NCBI RefSeq assembly: GCF_036365525.1
Contig: NC_090393.1
Location: 20,693,195 to 20,757,194 of the forward strand
Length of the DNA stretch: 64,000 nt
Reading direction: 5' to 3'
Source: Heterodontus francisci
Taxonomy: Eukaryota
The position numbers were made by a program, and so were the translations under genes. The notes beneath the pieces were generated by a model, which worked only from the letters and a program-made list of their open reading frames with translations, was not told the DNA's origin and did no database searches. The stretch's first letter is position 1. Each line of letters begins with the position of its first letter. Below are positions 26,050 through 38,899 of the stretch, one piece after another.

Positions 26050-26845
26050 TTTTTTTATTTTTTTATTTCCAAAATATACTTTATTCATAAAAATCTGTAA
26101 AAATTACATTCCCAAACAGTTTAAAACAGCATCAAGTCAAAAAATACAAACAGTGCAAAGGTGATCAGTTTCCTTCTATACAATTATCAGTTGCCTCACA
26201 ACCCTTCCATTTCACATTTGTCCTGCCAGATACATTTTTACATTATACAGGAGACAGAAATTTTCCCGATACAGTTCGAGGGGTTTCCCATGGATCCAGC
26301 CCCTCAGTTCAGCTTGGGGGGGGACCTTACACTGTGCTCTTTCCCCATTGAGCCTTTGCTGTGGCTGCCCCAAGCTTTAGTGCGTCCCTCAGCACGTAGT
26401 CCTGGACCTTGGAATGTGCCAGTCTGCAACATTCGGTGGTGGACAACTCTTTTCGCTCGAAGACCAGCAGGTTTTGGGCAGACCAAAGGGCGTCTTTCAC
26501 CGAATTGATAGTCCTCCAACAGCAGTTGATGTTTGTCTCGGTGTGCGTCCCTGGGAACAGCCCGTAGAGCACAGACTCCTGTGTTACAGAGCTGCTTGGG
26601 ATGAACCTCGACAAAAACCACTGCATCTCTTTCCACACCTGCTTTGCGAAGACACATTCCAGGAGGAGGTGGGCAACCGTCTCTTCCCCACCACAGCCAC
26701 CGCGGGGGCATTGTGCGGAGGGGGCGAGACTTCGGGCGTGCATGAAGGATCTGACGGGGAGGGCCCTTCTCACCACCAGCCAAGCTACGTCTTGGTGCTT
26801 GTTTGAAAGTTCTGGTGATGAGGCATGCCCATTCCCAACATACTG
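26050..26845 (-). mobile_element. Tx1/L1-type LINE 3' end nested in the Gypsy element
   Basis: ORF 26327-26776 CPR..C...ETVAHLLLEC..AK.VW; poly-A tail at 26050-26068. Confidence 0.8.
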
Positions 26846-28562
26846 CAGGCTGAAAGTAAAGAGCCTTTAAACCCCTTTATCAACACATAGCTATCTCTGA
26901 CCCACCTCAAGGGAAAAGGGGCTGTTTGAAGCAGCACTGCTACAAAGGAAAGACAAGCTGAAACAATTTCTAAGATTTCTGAATGAATGCGAATGAATGA
27001 GAGAAATGCATGTGTGCTTTCCTGTACTTTCTCTCCCTTGTAATTTATAATGAAATGCTCCCCTAATGTCATTCGGCGAGGGTGGACGTATGACAGAAAT
27101 CACACCTGCCAAATGGAAACATATTAATTTTGCCATATGGGACACAACTTGAACTTTTTTTTACTGGACATTGCACAGAATTTGTTTCTTTTTAAAAAGA
27201 ACTGAGCGGCTGAAAACATGTTGCACATTTGCATTCTGTGAGAAAGTTGAATCGAGAGACGATGGAAGTGCTCACTGATTCAATTAACAAGATTGGTCTG
27301 GGCAACAGTGATGATCCACATCTTGTCTGTGTAAGAGACACCACTTCACCACCCCCTCCAACCGAGTGTCTGGGAGACTCTGAAGTCCAACAACCCTCTA
27401 AGAAGTTGCTATTTCAAACAAAGAGATGGTCACATGACTTACCTGCTGGCCAAACTGGGGACAGTTTGAATTGTGCCATACAGAAAGGTAACAGACTGTA
27501 ATTTGAAGACAAAAGAGAAGGAAGGTCTCTCCCTGTCTCTCTCTCTCCAGCAAAGTCCCAGGGACCCACAGTAGCAGCTTCAGCCTCAAGACAGAGCACT
27601 TCTTCAGCCTTCTGGTACCAGAGAAGCAAGTTGGAAATTGTGCACTGGGCCCCAGCAAGAACTCCAAGACTTCAGTTTTTATCAAGGACATTTCCACCCA
27701 GTAACTGAAATTCCTTTATTACGAATTCTACTTCAACAGCCATGCCCGCCTAATTCTTTCCTCCCATCTGTATCTATTTGTATGTGTGCTTCTCTCATAT
27801 GCATGCTAGCATGGTTGTGTCCCGTATTTTAGTAATTTTAACCGCTCAGGCTAATAAACTTACATCTTTCTTGTTTAAACCTATGAAAACCTGTCTGATT
27901 GGTTCATTTGCAATTACAATTAAAGTGCAGTGAGCAAAAGGCTCTCTGAGGGGTGAAGCTAAGATCACTGTGTTTTAAAAGATAAACCCTGTTACGGCCA
28001 AACCAGGAAGGGGGCAAGAGGGGAGGCTGAGACCCCTTCCTCAGCTGGCAATAACATATATACAATTCACTTGACAAATAATCTACTCACTGTACCTTCA
28101 AACGCATGTCCGTAGATTAATAATTGAATTTCTTTCCCTCCTTTAAACCCGGATAATAAATGACCACAACAACAACATGGTTGCTAACATTAAATCAAAG
28201 AATTAGGGTTTATTTACACACTCTTAAACTTGGGAAGGGGTTTAACTTCGCTATGCACACTGACAAACATTCAGGGAAAGGCTAAAGGTATAACAAGGCA
28301 AGGACACTTACTAAATAGAACTATAAGCTAACATGAATTTCAGTTAAAACTTGTGCACATTGAAATTATCAGAAAGAGTCCAAAAATTGGAGATCACCGA
28401 TTGGAAATGCCGAATTGGGGAGGAGCTATTGGAAATTTCTCTTCTCTTACAAATTTCTTCTTCTTTGCACTCTCAAAGGTAAATGAGGTAGCTTAATTTG
28501 GCTGTAGTCACCTTTTTCTTAGATAGAGAGGATGCTAGCAGAAAGCAGGATTTCTTACTATC

Positions 28563-28708
28563 TTTGCAGACTGTATCTTTCATCTTCGTCGCTGTTTGCA
28601 GTTTTGGGTCTTCTTTAATTTTTTGGCTTTTGCAGACTATGTCTTTAATTTTCTTTGATGTTTGCAGTCTGTGTCTTCTTTAATTTTTCTGGCTTTCTGC
28701 AGCCTGTG
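28563..28708. repeat. Degenerate minisatellite, about 33-bp unit
   Basis: Recurring TTTGCAG....GTCTT(CTT)TAATTTT, 4-5 units. Confidence 0.55.
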
Positions 28709-29424
28709 CCTTAGCGAGAGGTGTGCAGGTTCATGCAGCTAGACTACACTGCCCCAAAGGTAGCTGTGTATTGGAAATAGGCTATACCTTCAAACTGTTA
28801 CAGTTTCCAGTCCAGGCAAGTTGGACAGGGGTTTCCTGGGTCCTAAGACTAGACCCTATTCAAGTTGCTTTCCCACCTGATCTCTCTCCTCCATTTTGAC
28901 AATTGGAACAAAGAAGTAAAAACTTAAACATGATGTATAAAATGGTGGTTGACATTAATACTCAGATGCACAATACACAAGTTACAGGGAGTTCTCATCG
29001 ATTCGTGACACGGTTAATGACAGTAAATGAAACATGTTCTATGAATGAGCAAAATCAGTTGAAGAATCTATCGTATTTTAAAGGAGCTTTATTTATTCTG
29101 CAGTTGGCAACAGAATTGCTGTCAATACAAAACATAAAATAAATGTAAATGATCTTTATTCGGTCAACTAACATTCTTCAATGACTAATGGTTTAACATA
29201 GATGTTTCAGAATGCACAGGATCACCTCCATTTTAAACCTTCCTTACGTTTTATCTCATTCTGCACATGAATTTTATTTAAATCGTAAGCATTTTCAGAT
29301 ACAGGCTGATCAGTGGCAATGATTAATATGCAGTGTATATAGTTGAAACTAATTCTGATTCAATTCAGTTGATACAATGCAATATTAAAATTCAATTTAA
29401 AGTTATTAGTATTGCTATTAATTT

Positions 29425-29877
29425 TCAGATCCCCCTGCCACCACGGAGACGCAGGTTGATGTTGATGGTACAATGATGCTTAATTTTGTAATATTCCAGT
29501 GTGTATCTGTCATCTAGCTTCATCGTCTGAAAGGTCAGGTAGTACTGGTGTGACGGAATGCGCTCCAGGGATTCAATTTTATTTTTCAGACTCAAAACTG
29601 TGTCAGTTGGCAACACATTAATTGTCAGGTTACGTCCCTCTGCATTCTTAACGAATATCTCCATGAATAAGTGGAGTGTTGCATCAAAGAATATTCCAGA
29701 CTCCAGCAAGGATTTGTTGTCAATGAGCATGGTTTCATTAAACCTCAGGCGTTGCTTGTGAGCTGGAATGTTCTGGTCTTGCTGGATTCGTTCCTTGATC
29801 ATTGAGATCTTGTTGTCAATGTTGACATTCAGGCGAAATGAGAAACCGTCCAGGCCGATGACAAAACCCTTCACTGG
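29425..29877 (-). CDS. OASL: OASL-B exon 6: tandem UBLs, LRLRGG-RGI
   Basis: Acceptor cttag|CCA; 18 substitutions versus A. Confidence 0.88.
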   Translation of the reverse strand, partial: PVKGFVIGLDGFSFRLNVNIDNKISMIKERIQQDQNIPAHKQRLRFNETMLIDNKSLLESGIFFDATLHLFMEIFVKNAEGRNLTINVLPTDTVLSLKNKIESLERIPSHQYYLTFQTMKLDDRYTLEYYKIKHHCTININLRLRGGRGI

Positions 29878-32800
29878 CTAAGACGAGAACAAAACAGAAG
29901 ATAGAAATTTTTTTGTGGGGTGGGGGGGGGCAGCAAAAGGCAGTCAGTGATGTTCTTTTTTCATAAGTTTTTCAATAATTATATTTCCCTAATTTTCTTG
30001 CTGTCTCTCCTGATTGATTCTTGCTGGGGTGATAACCAGACTCCAGTACCTCACAGAAATGGCCACTGTTCTTGTATAAGCTCAGACAGTAAGTGTTGTT
30101 CACCATTCAACAAAGTCTGATCCTGTACTTAACTGATGATCACACACGTACAATATATGGTCAGTGGGAATCTCAGCTGCTTCTTTCCCCACCTCCCATG
30201 CAGGGGTGCTGAGGCCAATTGTAGCAGTCCCACGGTCACCCAGCTGACACCAGCTAATTCAATACGGACTGAGGATTGAAGCTGCGGAGTTTCTGACTTT
30301 CCATATGCCTTTAATACTTGACAGCTGGGCTATGATTACCAGCCCAAATGAAAAGAATGAAATATCCAATTAAGGATTGAGGTAAGTGATGAGAACAATG
30401 GCCTTTCACCTCAGTGATCTGAATTCCGATCTATTCTCGACAGAAGCAACTCTGGGATCTAACAACACAATCTACGGAATTTCTACTATAGACATTGCCT
30501 TGTATCAAAACGTTATCATTTATTAAAACTGTTTTACCTGGACATCCCATTCTCGGACTCCAGAGACACATAGCATGTTCAAGCATTTCATGGCCTCATT
30601 TACCATCACGTCCCATCCAGTAGATGAAGCAACATTTCCAGTTGGATCAGCTGGGTCAAGAATAATTGGCCTGAAAAATAAAAAGGCCAGAGTTTGCTGG
30701 AAACTGATGGTGAGTTTAATGATACTCTCTGTTATTAGTGTGGAAATCATCCAGCAATTCTGTTGCAAGGAAGCGATACCCATGAGTTGCCCATTGCTAG
30801 AAACTGCTGGTCGATTTGAGCTGCTCTGTCAATAGCTTCACTGTCAACCTCCCTGTGCAGTTCAAGAAATTGCTGCATTTGTGTATTATTTAGGAATTAA
30901 CCTCATGCAGAAAGTCAGTGTTCCAACACAGCCACCTGCCTGCCCTGCCTCCAGACTGCACAAAACAAGGTGATGTTGGCTGTGTCAAGCTGGGGAATGT
31001 TGCCCAGAATCTCACTAAGGGGCCTACTCAGAAAAAAATAAATTCTGCCTTCATTCCTCTTCTGCTCATCAGAAAACTGGCACACCATTTCTCACTCAGT
31101 ATATTGATCTTCCAACTGGGTCCCTTTGAGGCCAAGGATACATGAAATTACAGCCTAGAGAGTTCTTACCCTCAGCCTCAGCTTTGTCAGTGGCCTTGTG
31201 TGGGCCAGGAAGGGGCTCCAGTCCCTAATTCTGGAACCATTTAAGAACCAATAGACACGACAGAGAAGGGTCTTTCTGGATGGGTGATTTAAGATGGATC
31301 GTACGGCCTTCCTGATCCGTAATTCTATTGTGATATTGTAAATTGCAGCAATTTGCATTTATATAGCACTTTTAATTTCATAAACATTCCCAGACATTTC
31401 AGACAGAAGAAACAGATGCTGAGCAGGAATAGAATCCGAGGATCTGACCAAAGGTTTTCAGGAGGTTATTGAAAGTGGGAGAATTAGTAGAGGTGAAGAA
31501 ATTTCTGGAGAGTTCCATAAAGTGGGACCAAAATGGCTGCAAGCTTTGCTACTGATGGCAAATAAGAGGAGGTTCAGGGGGAATGAGCTGGAACAATGGC
31601 TGGAGGAGGTTGCAGATCAAGTGTAGGATGAAGAGATGAGTTGGTAATGAGATTTGTAAATAAGGGTAAAGATTTTAAGACCTTAAAAATTAGTTGAGGA
31701 AGGAACTACAGCAGAATATTTGGTGGGAGTTAAACACGGGCCGGAATTTTACATTGGGTGGGAGGCCCTGCCCACTGGCTGAAAAGTCGATGATGAGTGT
31801 GCCTCCGCTGGGCCTGGGAGCCAGGCTGGGATTTTACAATCCCCAGGTCCTAAACTGGTCTTGAGTGGGATTTCCACCTCCTTGAGGCAAGAAGTCCCAC
31901 CTAATGGAGCTGCCGGCCAATCAGTGGGCCGGCAGCTCTTAGTCCCAACAGCACCACCAGGAGCACTGCTGGGACTACACCCTGCCATTGGAGGCAAAAG
32001 GAAGGATGGTCCTGGAACTCAGGTTAAGTGTTTAGGACCTCGCCGGGGACAATTGGCCGGGCCCTGGCGAGGCAAGTTAGTTGGGTGGGGGTGGGGGGAG
32101 GAGAGTGTTGTGCGTTGGGGGTGGTTGGAGCTTCTGGGTAGCCCTCTGAGGGGCATAGGGTGCCCAATTAGGAGAGCCCACCCCCAGCCTGCAAGAAGGC
32201 CACGTTGTTTAACCAGGCAGGGTTCTTGGGGCATTTGCCATCTGGCCACCCGGGGTAAAATATCCGTGGTGGCGGGAGGAGGCCCTTAAGTGGCAGTTAA
32301 TTGGCCATGTAAGGGCCTTGATTGGCCTGGGGTGGGCTGGCCGTTTCTCGCCTCTGCCGCCCTGTGTAAAATTGCCGTGGGGGCGGAACGGGGTCAGGAA
32401 TAGTAACCCCCCACCTCCCACTCAATTTTACACCCCCTCCACTGCACACCTCCCCCCCCCCGCCCCACCCACCACCACCAGCCTGCTCAATGTGGGGGCA
32501 TAAAATTCCAGCCACAATCTTGCATTACAATGTAGCATTGTCAGGACTGCTGCCTCTTAGGCACATTTTCATACTTGAACTGTGTGTCAGGTTGACTCTC
32601 ACTGCTAATATTGAGCTGCACATCCATCACATTCAAATAGCGCAGCCAACATGTCACTTATTTGTCACCCATGATGCCAAAGTTAAGGACAAATATTAAC
32701 CATCAAGTGAACTGGACCCCAAATATTTCTTGAATCGGCCCCGTTACTTGGGAGCTGTTCAAAGAAGTGAAGCAGCTCTAATTGGTATAGTTTCAAACAT

Positions 32801-35800
32801 GGTTGAAGATTTTACCTGTTGCCACTCAGTTTCTTTATTAGAAAGTCTGCAACGACTCTATTATTGACATCGTACTCCTTGGTCCAGTAGATGCACAGCT
32901 CCTGATATCTGCAGATCAGTTTCAGGACTGTTCGGAAACCATCAGCCATGACAAATCTTTCCTGTCCACTTCCTTGCTCCCAGGCATAAATAGTCAGCAG
33001 CTCCACTGCATACTTAGCAGGCAGGCGTGCTCCAGCTTTCAGCTCAGATTTCCGTGGCTTCACATACTAGGGTAAATGGTTGACAAATATAAAGACAGAA
33101 ATGTGATATTTCAAATATTCACTCCTCCACCCATCCTGTATTTTTGTTTCCATGCTGTTATCTTTTATTATTCTAACCGGACCAAACAACTTCCCTGATA
33201 GTACCAGCCGGGGATATACCCAGCCCAATACTGCTGTATAAGCATTCGCTAAGAAGTCCACCACATCTGCCCAGAATGGCCCTCATTCCAACTCTTTCTC
33301 GTTCCATTGGATGAACTGCCTAATCTCTGCACAAAGATAAGGCTGAGAAGACAAACTCTCCATGTGGAAACTGTAGACATGAACCTATAGAATAGTGGGT
33401 TGGAGAGTCAGGAGTCAAAAGAAAGGAAGTTCTTGGAATTAGACTGAACTGAAATTGGGCCTCGGGCATTATCAGCAAATTGCTGGGAATCTGCGGATGC
33501 CAATCAGATATAAAACAGCAGCTCATAGGCTCCAGGAGACCAAAGTTGGGCCAGCTGCCTCTCCAGGAACGGCCATCAGATAGTGAGAGGGTGGGAGGTA
33601 GGTGATGGTGGGCCGGCAGCAGTCTTCAGGAATGCTGTGGAACTGGGAGAAGTTCTAGGAAGTGCCTCTTGGCTCCACATAAAGACAAGTATAAAAAATG
33701 TACTTACATTGAGGCCACTTGTCGACGCAAAAATCTGAAGGGGAACAGATCCGATGCGTACGTCACGTCCTTAAAGAGCCATTAGGCCCCTCATTAATAT
33801 AGTCAAGGAGCCGAGCGCCTGTTTTGAACAGCTGCCCAGGATACTGTAAATTGTTTGAGGCCATTATAGCATTGGACATATTTCAGGCACCTTTGGTGTT
33901 GATTTTTGTGCGTATTTCCACTGGAAAAATAGCACAAGTATCAATTTCTAACTCATTGTTTTTCAATTGATCCCTCAGTTATGAACTAACTTTTGTTTGA
34001 TTCTCTTTTGCTGTGAATTCTAGAGTTACTTGGCAATGGAAGATTGGATGGAGCCTTTGGTTGTAAATTGAAGGATACTGATGAAAAATGGAGAAGGTCA
34101 CTCTAAGACACACTGTTCAGGGACTGGGTGAAAAGTAAAAGATTTCAGGGTAAAAACCCTGATCCTCACTCCAAATGGGAAGCCATGGTCGAAGGATTGA
34201 GGCTCCATTTCTGACCTGTTTCTCAGTCCACAAAATATGGGATCAGGGCATTTGCTCTTTAATTGCTTTGAGAATCAAGATCTGGTCTAACATGTGTTCA
34301 ACCTAAACCATAAGATGTACAGGAGTTCTCCCCTTCTTCCAAATTATTTTCAACAGAGGAGAAGCAAGAATCTTTAATTATTCCAAATACTGACACTGAC
34401 TTTCTATGGGTTTGTCAACCTCCAGTTGTAATTTCAGTGGAGACTGGTGGAACTCCCAGAGAAACAGCACAAATGGACATTTCTCCAAAAGGTTTGGCTA
34501 TCTCCCACCATGCAATCATTCCAGGTTTTCATCTGTAGTGTTTGTCAATGGAGTAGCTACTGGTGGAAGTCGAGACACAGAAGGAAGCAATCTTTTTATT
34601 TTTGGTGTAACAATCCTCCCAAATCCTCCAAGCATTAAACAACTTCCATGTTCCCCAATCACTCACCTGTTTGTACCAATATTTTAGCAGGCGAATCAAG
34701 TCTTTAAGTTTTGAAGGACGTTGCTTCACAAATTTTCTCTGAAGCTCAGTAAAACAGGCCGAAAATTCCCCATTTACATCTTCATTTTCATTTACAAAAT
34801 TGATCAGCTCGAGATGGGCTACACTTGCATTGTCCTGTCCCACTGCAAGATATTAAATGATTAATGAACATCTTCCTGCACTTGCAAGTGTATCAGAAGA
34901 CAGGTACTCAACAAAAGCAATCCAATTAGATCATTACTCTAATAGACCATTTATATCTGCTTTTTAGTGGATGCTTCCTAATTTATTTAATCTCATGAAA
35001 GCTTCTCACATTCCCAAAGGTGCCCACAATTAGGTGTCTATAGGTAGAGCCATAGAGTCATTTACGGCGTAGAAGAAGGCCATTCACATCCCATCCCACA
35101 GTAAGAGGATTGATACTTGACCTGGTCCAAAGTATCTGCAGAGCAAGAAGGTCCCAGGTTTTAGTCCTTATCTCAGCCAGGGTAGCAGTGGATAACTACA
35201 AGTGATCTCAGTGTCCCTGGTTTGGGAAGTGATATAAAATATAGTCAAATATAGTAGTTTTTTGATACCTGATCACTACCCAGTGACCCCTTCTGGAAAG
35301 TGTACTACGTGTGGCCTTCAGATACCAACATAGGAATTCGGAGCAGGAGTTGGCCACTCGGCACTTTGAGCCTGCTCTGCCATTCAGTAAGTTCCTGGCT
35401 GAACTGACTACTCCACATTTCCACCTACTCCTGATAACCTTCCATCCCCTTGCTTATCAAGAATCTATCTTCCTCTGTCCTTAAAAATATTCAAAAACTG
35501 TTTCCATTGCCTTTTAAGGAAGAGAATTCCAAAGACTCAGGACCCTAGAACATAGAACATAGAACATTACAGCGCAGTACAGGCCCTTCAGCCCTCGATG
35601 TTGCCGACCTGTGAAACCATCTGACCTACACTATTCCATTTTCATCCATATGTCTATCCTCTGAGAGAAAAAAATCTCTCTTAAATGGGCAACACATCTC
35701 TTTTCTCACCCTTTGCCCTCTCTAACAGAACACAAATACTGCCAGACATACTGAGTCTTTTCAGCATTTTCTGCTATTATTTCAGATTTCCAGCATCCAC

Positions 35801-38230
35801 GGTATTTTGCTTTTGTTTTGCTGTTGACACTCTTGTCTTGGTATGAGAAATGATCAGCTGGGAAAAGTACCAGGGCTTTTTGGTGGATAAGAAACTGAAT
35901 CACTTCCTTTAGAAAAGGAGGGAATAGAACGATTCTCAGACATTAACTTAACGAAACAATCCTGGGTCGATTTTCAGAGTTATTATCTGAGACTTCCCAT
36001 CATCATCATTGTGTTAACGCCAATGTTAAAATGATGCCAATCATAAACTGGGGCTAATATGCCTCATGACTTCTCCTGTTAAGGGTCCGCAATATATCTG
36101 TGATAGTCTATTGTATCTGATCCTATCAGAAAAGCGAATTGAAACATATTCCTCCCAACAACAACTCTAATAATAAATGGAACTCAGCTCTGCATCATCT
36201 GAACTAGGAACAGAACATGTGATGGAGCAAAGTGGATAACGTGCACTTTATTCCCGTCTTTCTTGATGAGTAGCAGAGGTTCATTGAAGAATTTAAATTA
36301 AACTGGAGCTTTAATGATATAAATTGTTATAAATTCTTACTTAATGCATCAAAGGTTGGCAAAACATCAAAATTCACACTGCCTGAATTCTTCTTTGATT
36401 TCAGTGTGAAGCTCATGGATTTTGGCGGGATGCCGCTGTTCTGTGTTATAGTGATATTGATATCACTGATCTCATACGCAATGCTTGATTTACATATTTC
36501 CAGTATTTGCTGAATTTCCTCAAGAATTTCATGCCTGGTTTCCCTCTGGTCCTGGAAACTCTTGAAACAACTGAGGAAGACGACCAGATCCGCATCTGAG
36601 CCCTCTCTTAAAGCTGTTCCTTTCCCTGATGATCCTCCCTGAGGAGAGGAGGAAGAATAAAGCATTATTTATGTATTATTTATATTTCAGATACTGGTGA
36701 ACTTACCCATTCCTTAAATATTGCATAAAGATAACGCCATTTGTTTTCTTCAGTCTTGAACAATCAGGCTCTCTGTATCATTGCTTTGAGCTCGGAATTC
36801 ACACTGATACAATGTTTGCTGCCACTTTCCTTTTGATCTTTTCCCTCTTGCCCTCTTTTCATGAAGCTGCTGACTTGCTGAGACAGTTTCACGAGCTCTC
36901 ATCAGCAATTCCCCGAATTATCTATTCTTCATATGTGGTCTTTGGCCACAGGTGTCAACAGGCTATTCAACTATGCCGAGAATCGCAACTCAATTTTGTC
37001 CTGTACATATAAAGTAGACTTTCAGCAAAGGTGACTGGAAAGTGAGCAGGATTGGGGACCCTGGGCTGATAGTCCTTCTTACCGAGTGTGTTGTGGTCAA
37101 TTTTAACACCTACACCTGTCATCAACAGAGTGGTTTTGCCCTATTTGAGGATTTGGGGAGGGGGGGGGGGGGTGCGGGAGGGCTTGGTTTAATTCCTTGC
37201 CTTTCCCATCTTAACCACTGACAGAGCCAGTGCTAAGTCAGAATCTGCTAAATAACTTTCTGTTTAAGCATGAGAATAAAATCATAAGATGCAAACCACG
37301 TCTTTCTCTCTTTCTCTCTCTCTGACATTTTACAAAGTGAACAGCTTTTAATAGGGGTGAAGCCACTAACTAACATTTCGCTCAGGTCTGTTCTCGCCTC
37401 CTTTCCTTGTACAAGAGTAAATGTGACATATTCACGATGTTGTTTCTTCACTGCAGCTGACTGGAGACGGGGTGAATGGAGACTGAATTGGAAACTCACA
37501 TTACTGTATCCCTTTAGAATTAAAATTGTTTTAAAAGTGTGTTGTCACTTTAAGAATTCGAACTCTTGTTGATTTTGAGGAGCATATTTAAAGCATGTTG
37601 TACTTTTGACAGCGGTACATCTCAATGAAGTTCTTTAAGAGGAACAGATTTGAAGTAAATGTTCCCTTTAACTGAAGTACATCGAAAGGCACAGAACCTT
37701 TAAAACAAGCAGGTCAAAAACATTCTGTCCCTTCGGGTAAAAAATCCCCATTTGGTCCAGATTTTCCTGGAAACATGTGACATTCGACATCTACACAGAA
37801 TTCCCAAGAAATGATGGCGATCCCGTTAATTTAGATGAGATACTGGAGGCAACTGGCACTGGTGGAACTGAATCCCACAGCGAGACCACAACATCTGGAG
37901 AAAAGGGAGTTTAGCGCAGAAAACAGGAAATTTAATGTTTCAAAATGAGCAATCACGAGAAAACATCTCCATACTTAAGCAAGGCAAGGTACCTGATATT
38001 GAAAATAGTAATTTATTGTAAACACTAGTAATTCCATAATCTCCATGAAAATAACTTACTTTAACAGCTCTGATCACTTTGATCGTGGGTTGTTTGATAA
38101 AACATCGATTCCTTAAAAAATCGCAGATTCTGTGCACTGCGTTCCTCACTTTGATGTTAAATTCATTTGGTTCCAGGTTATTTTTAATGAAATCGTCCAG
38201 ATTCCTGGGTTCAGTTTCGTATAACCCCAT
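29425..38230 (-). CDS. OASL: OASL-like gene copy B, 493 aa; join complement(38060-38230, 36341-36638, 34667-34842, 32816-33066, 30538-30670, 29425-29877)
   Basis: Same exon sizes and splice sites as copy A; catalytic motifs intact; ends [10 protein letters not shown]. Confidence 0.93.
30538..30670 (-). CDS. OASL: OASL-B exon 5
   Basis: [13 protein letters not shown]; two substitutions versus A. Confidence 0.92.
32816..33066 (-). CDS. OASL: OASL-B exon 4
   Basis: One substitution (F>S) versus A. Confidence 0.92.
34667..34842 (-). CDS. OASL: OASL-B exon 3
   Basis: Same peptide and splice sites as A. Confidence 0.92.
35547..35657 (-). mobile_element. Short CR1-type 3' end inserted only in OASL-B intron 2
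   Basis: (AGAACAT)3 tail, flanked by CCT duplication; empty site at about 6571 in unit A. Confidence 0.65.
36341..36638 (-). CDS. OASL: OASL-B exon 2
   Basis: [16 protein letters not shown]; one substitution (N>S) versus A. Confidence 0.92.
38060..38230 (-). CDS. OASL: OASL-B exon 1
   Basis: Same peptide as copy A; accATGG; donor GTAAGT. Confidence 0.9.
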
Positions 38231-38273
38231 GGTTCCAGCTTTCACACAATGTGAGGTTGGTGTGACCGCAGTT

Positions 38274-38489
38274 CCTTATAAACCAGTTGCCGCGCCTTCT
38301 TTAAATATTCCAAAAATAGACGCAATTATTAAGACTTTCCAACAAACAAATGACATGCTGTCCATCAATGATTTGGATCTCCACCCAGTTCAAAGTTATT
38401 ATTTGCAGCTGATTCCACATCAACCGAAAATCCGTTTCAATTTCCTCAGAAATTTCGCTCTGTTGAATTAGCTTTCAGTTTCATTTCTC
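38274..38489 (-). promoter_or_regulatory. OASL-B promoter with TATA-like box and ISREs
   Basis: GGAAATTGAAAC (38434-38445) and GAAATGAAACTGAAAGCT (38470-38487) on the minus strand. Confidence 0.75.
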
Positions 38490-38899
38490 CAGTTAGCATA
38501 GGATGATAATATCGCGGTGGCTCCGTTACGTGCGGTCCGCACAGGCAGACCACCACAGTTCATGGCAGCGGACAAGTAAAATGCAGCCCAATATCTTCTA
38601 ATGTGGCTTGGTGTCATGTTTTGTTCAAATGCTCCTGTGAATCTCCTTGGGACATTTTATTATATTAGAGGTGCTCTATAAATAAAGGTTGTTGTTGTTG
38701 AAACATCAATTTACATGTCCTTCCTCAAAGCTAATACAAAATATTTGCTGCTCACGCTGCAGTCTCCTCTGCATTAGTGAAACCAATTAGCAGATTAGGT
38801 GATCGCATTGCTGAACGCCTCTGTTCTGTCGACTAGTGTGACATCAAACTCCCGGTCATTGGCCAATCCATCCCATTTCCACTCACACTCAGGCCACTC

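Larger units (their letters stand above)
21680..28056 (+). mobile_element. Decayed Gypsy (Gmr1-like) LTR retrotransposon; LTRs about 21680-22699 and 27089-28056
   Basis: LTRs end ATAACA; tRNA-Pro-type PBS TTGGGGCTCGTCTGGGAT (22706-22723); SCAN-like gag (ILLEEF.N.LP), CCHC knuckle CFQCNKAGHPRADC, protease remnant ILRHAGA, integrase zinc region directly after the protease; many stops and frameshifts. Confidence 0.8.

Noticed and set aside
28563-28708. CRISPR-like array
   Set aside because: Eukaryotic context, no unique spacers; a degenerate tandem repeat
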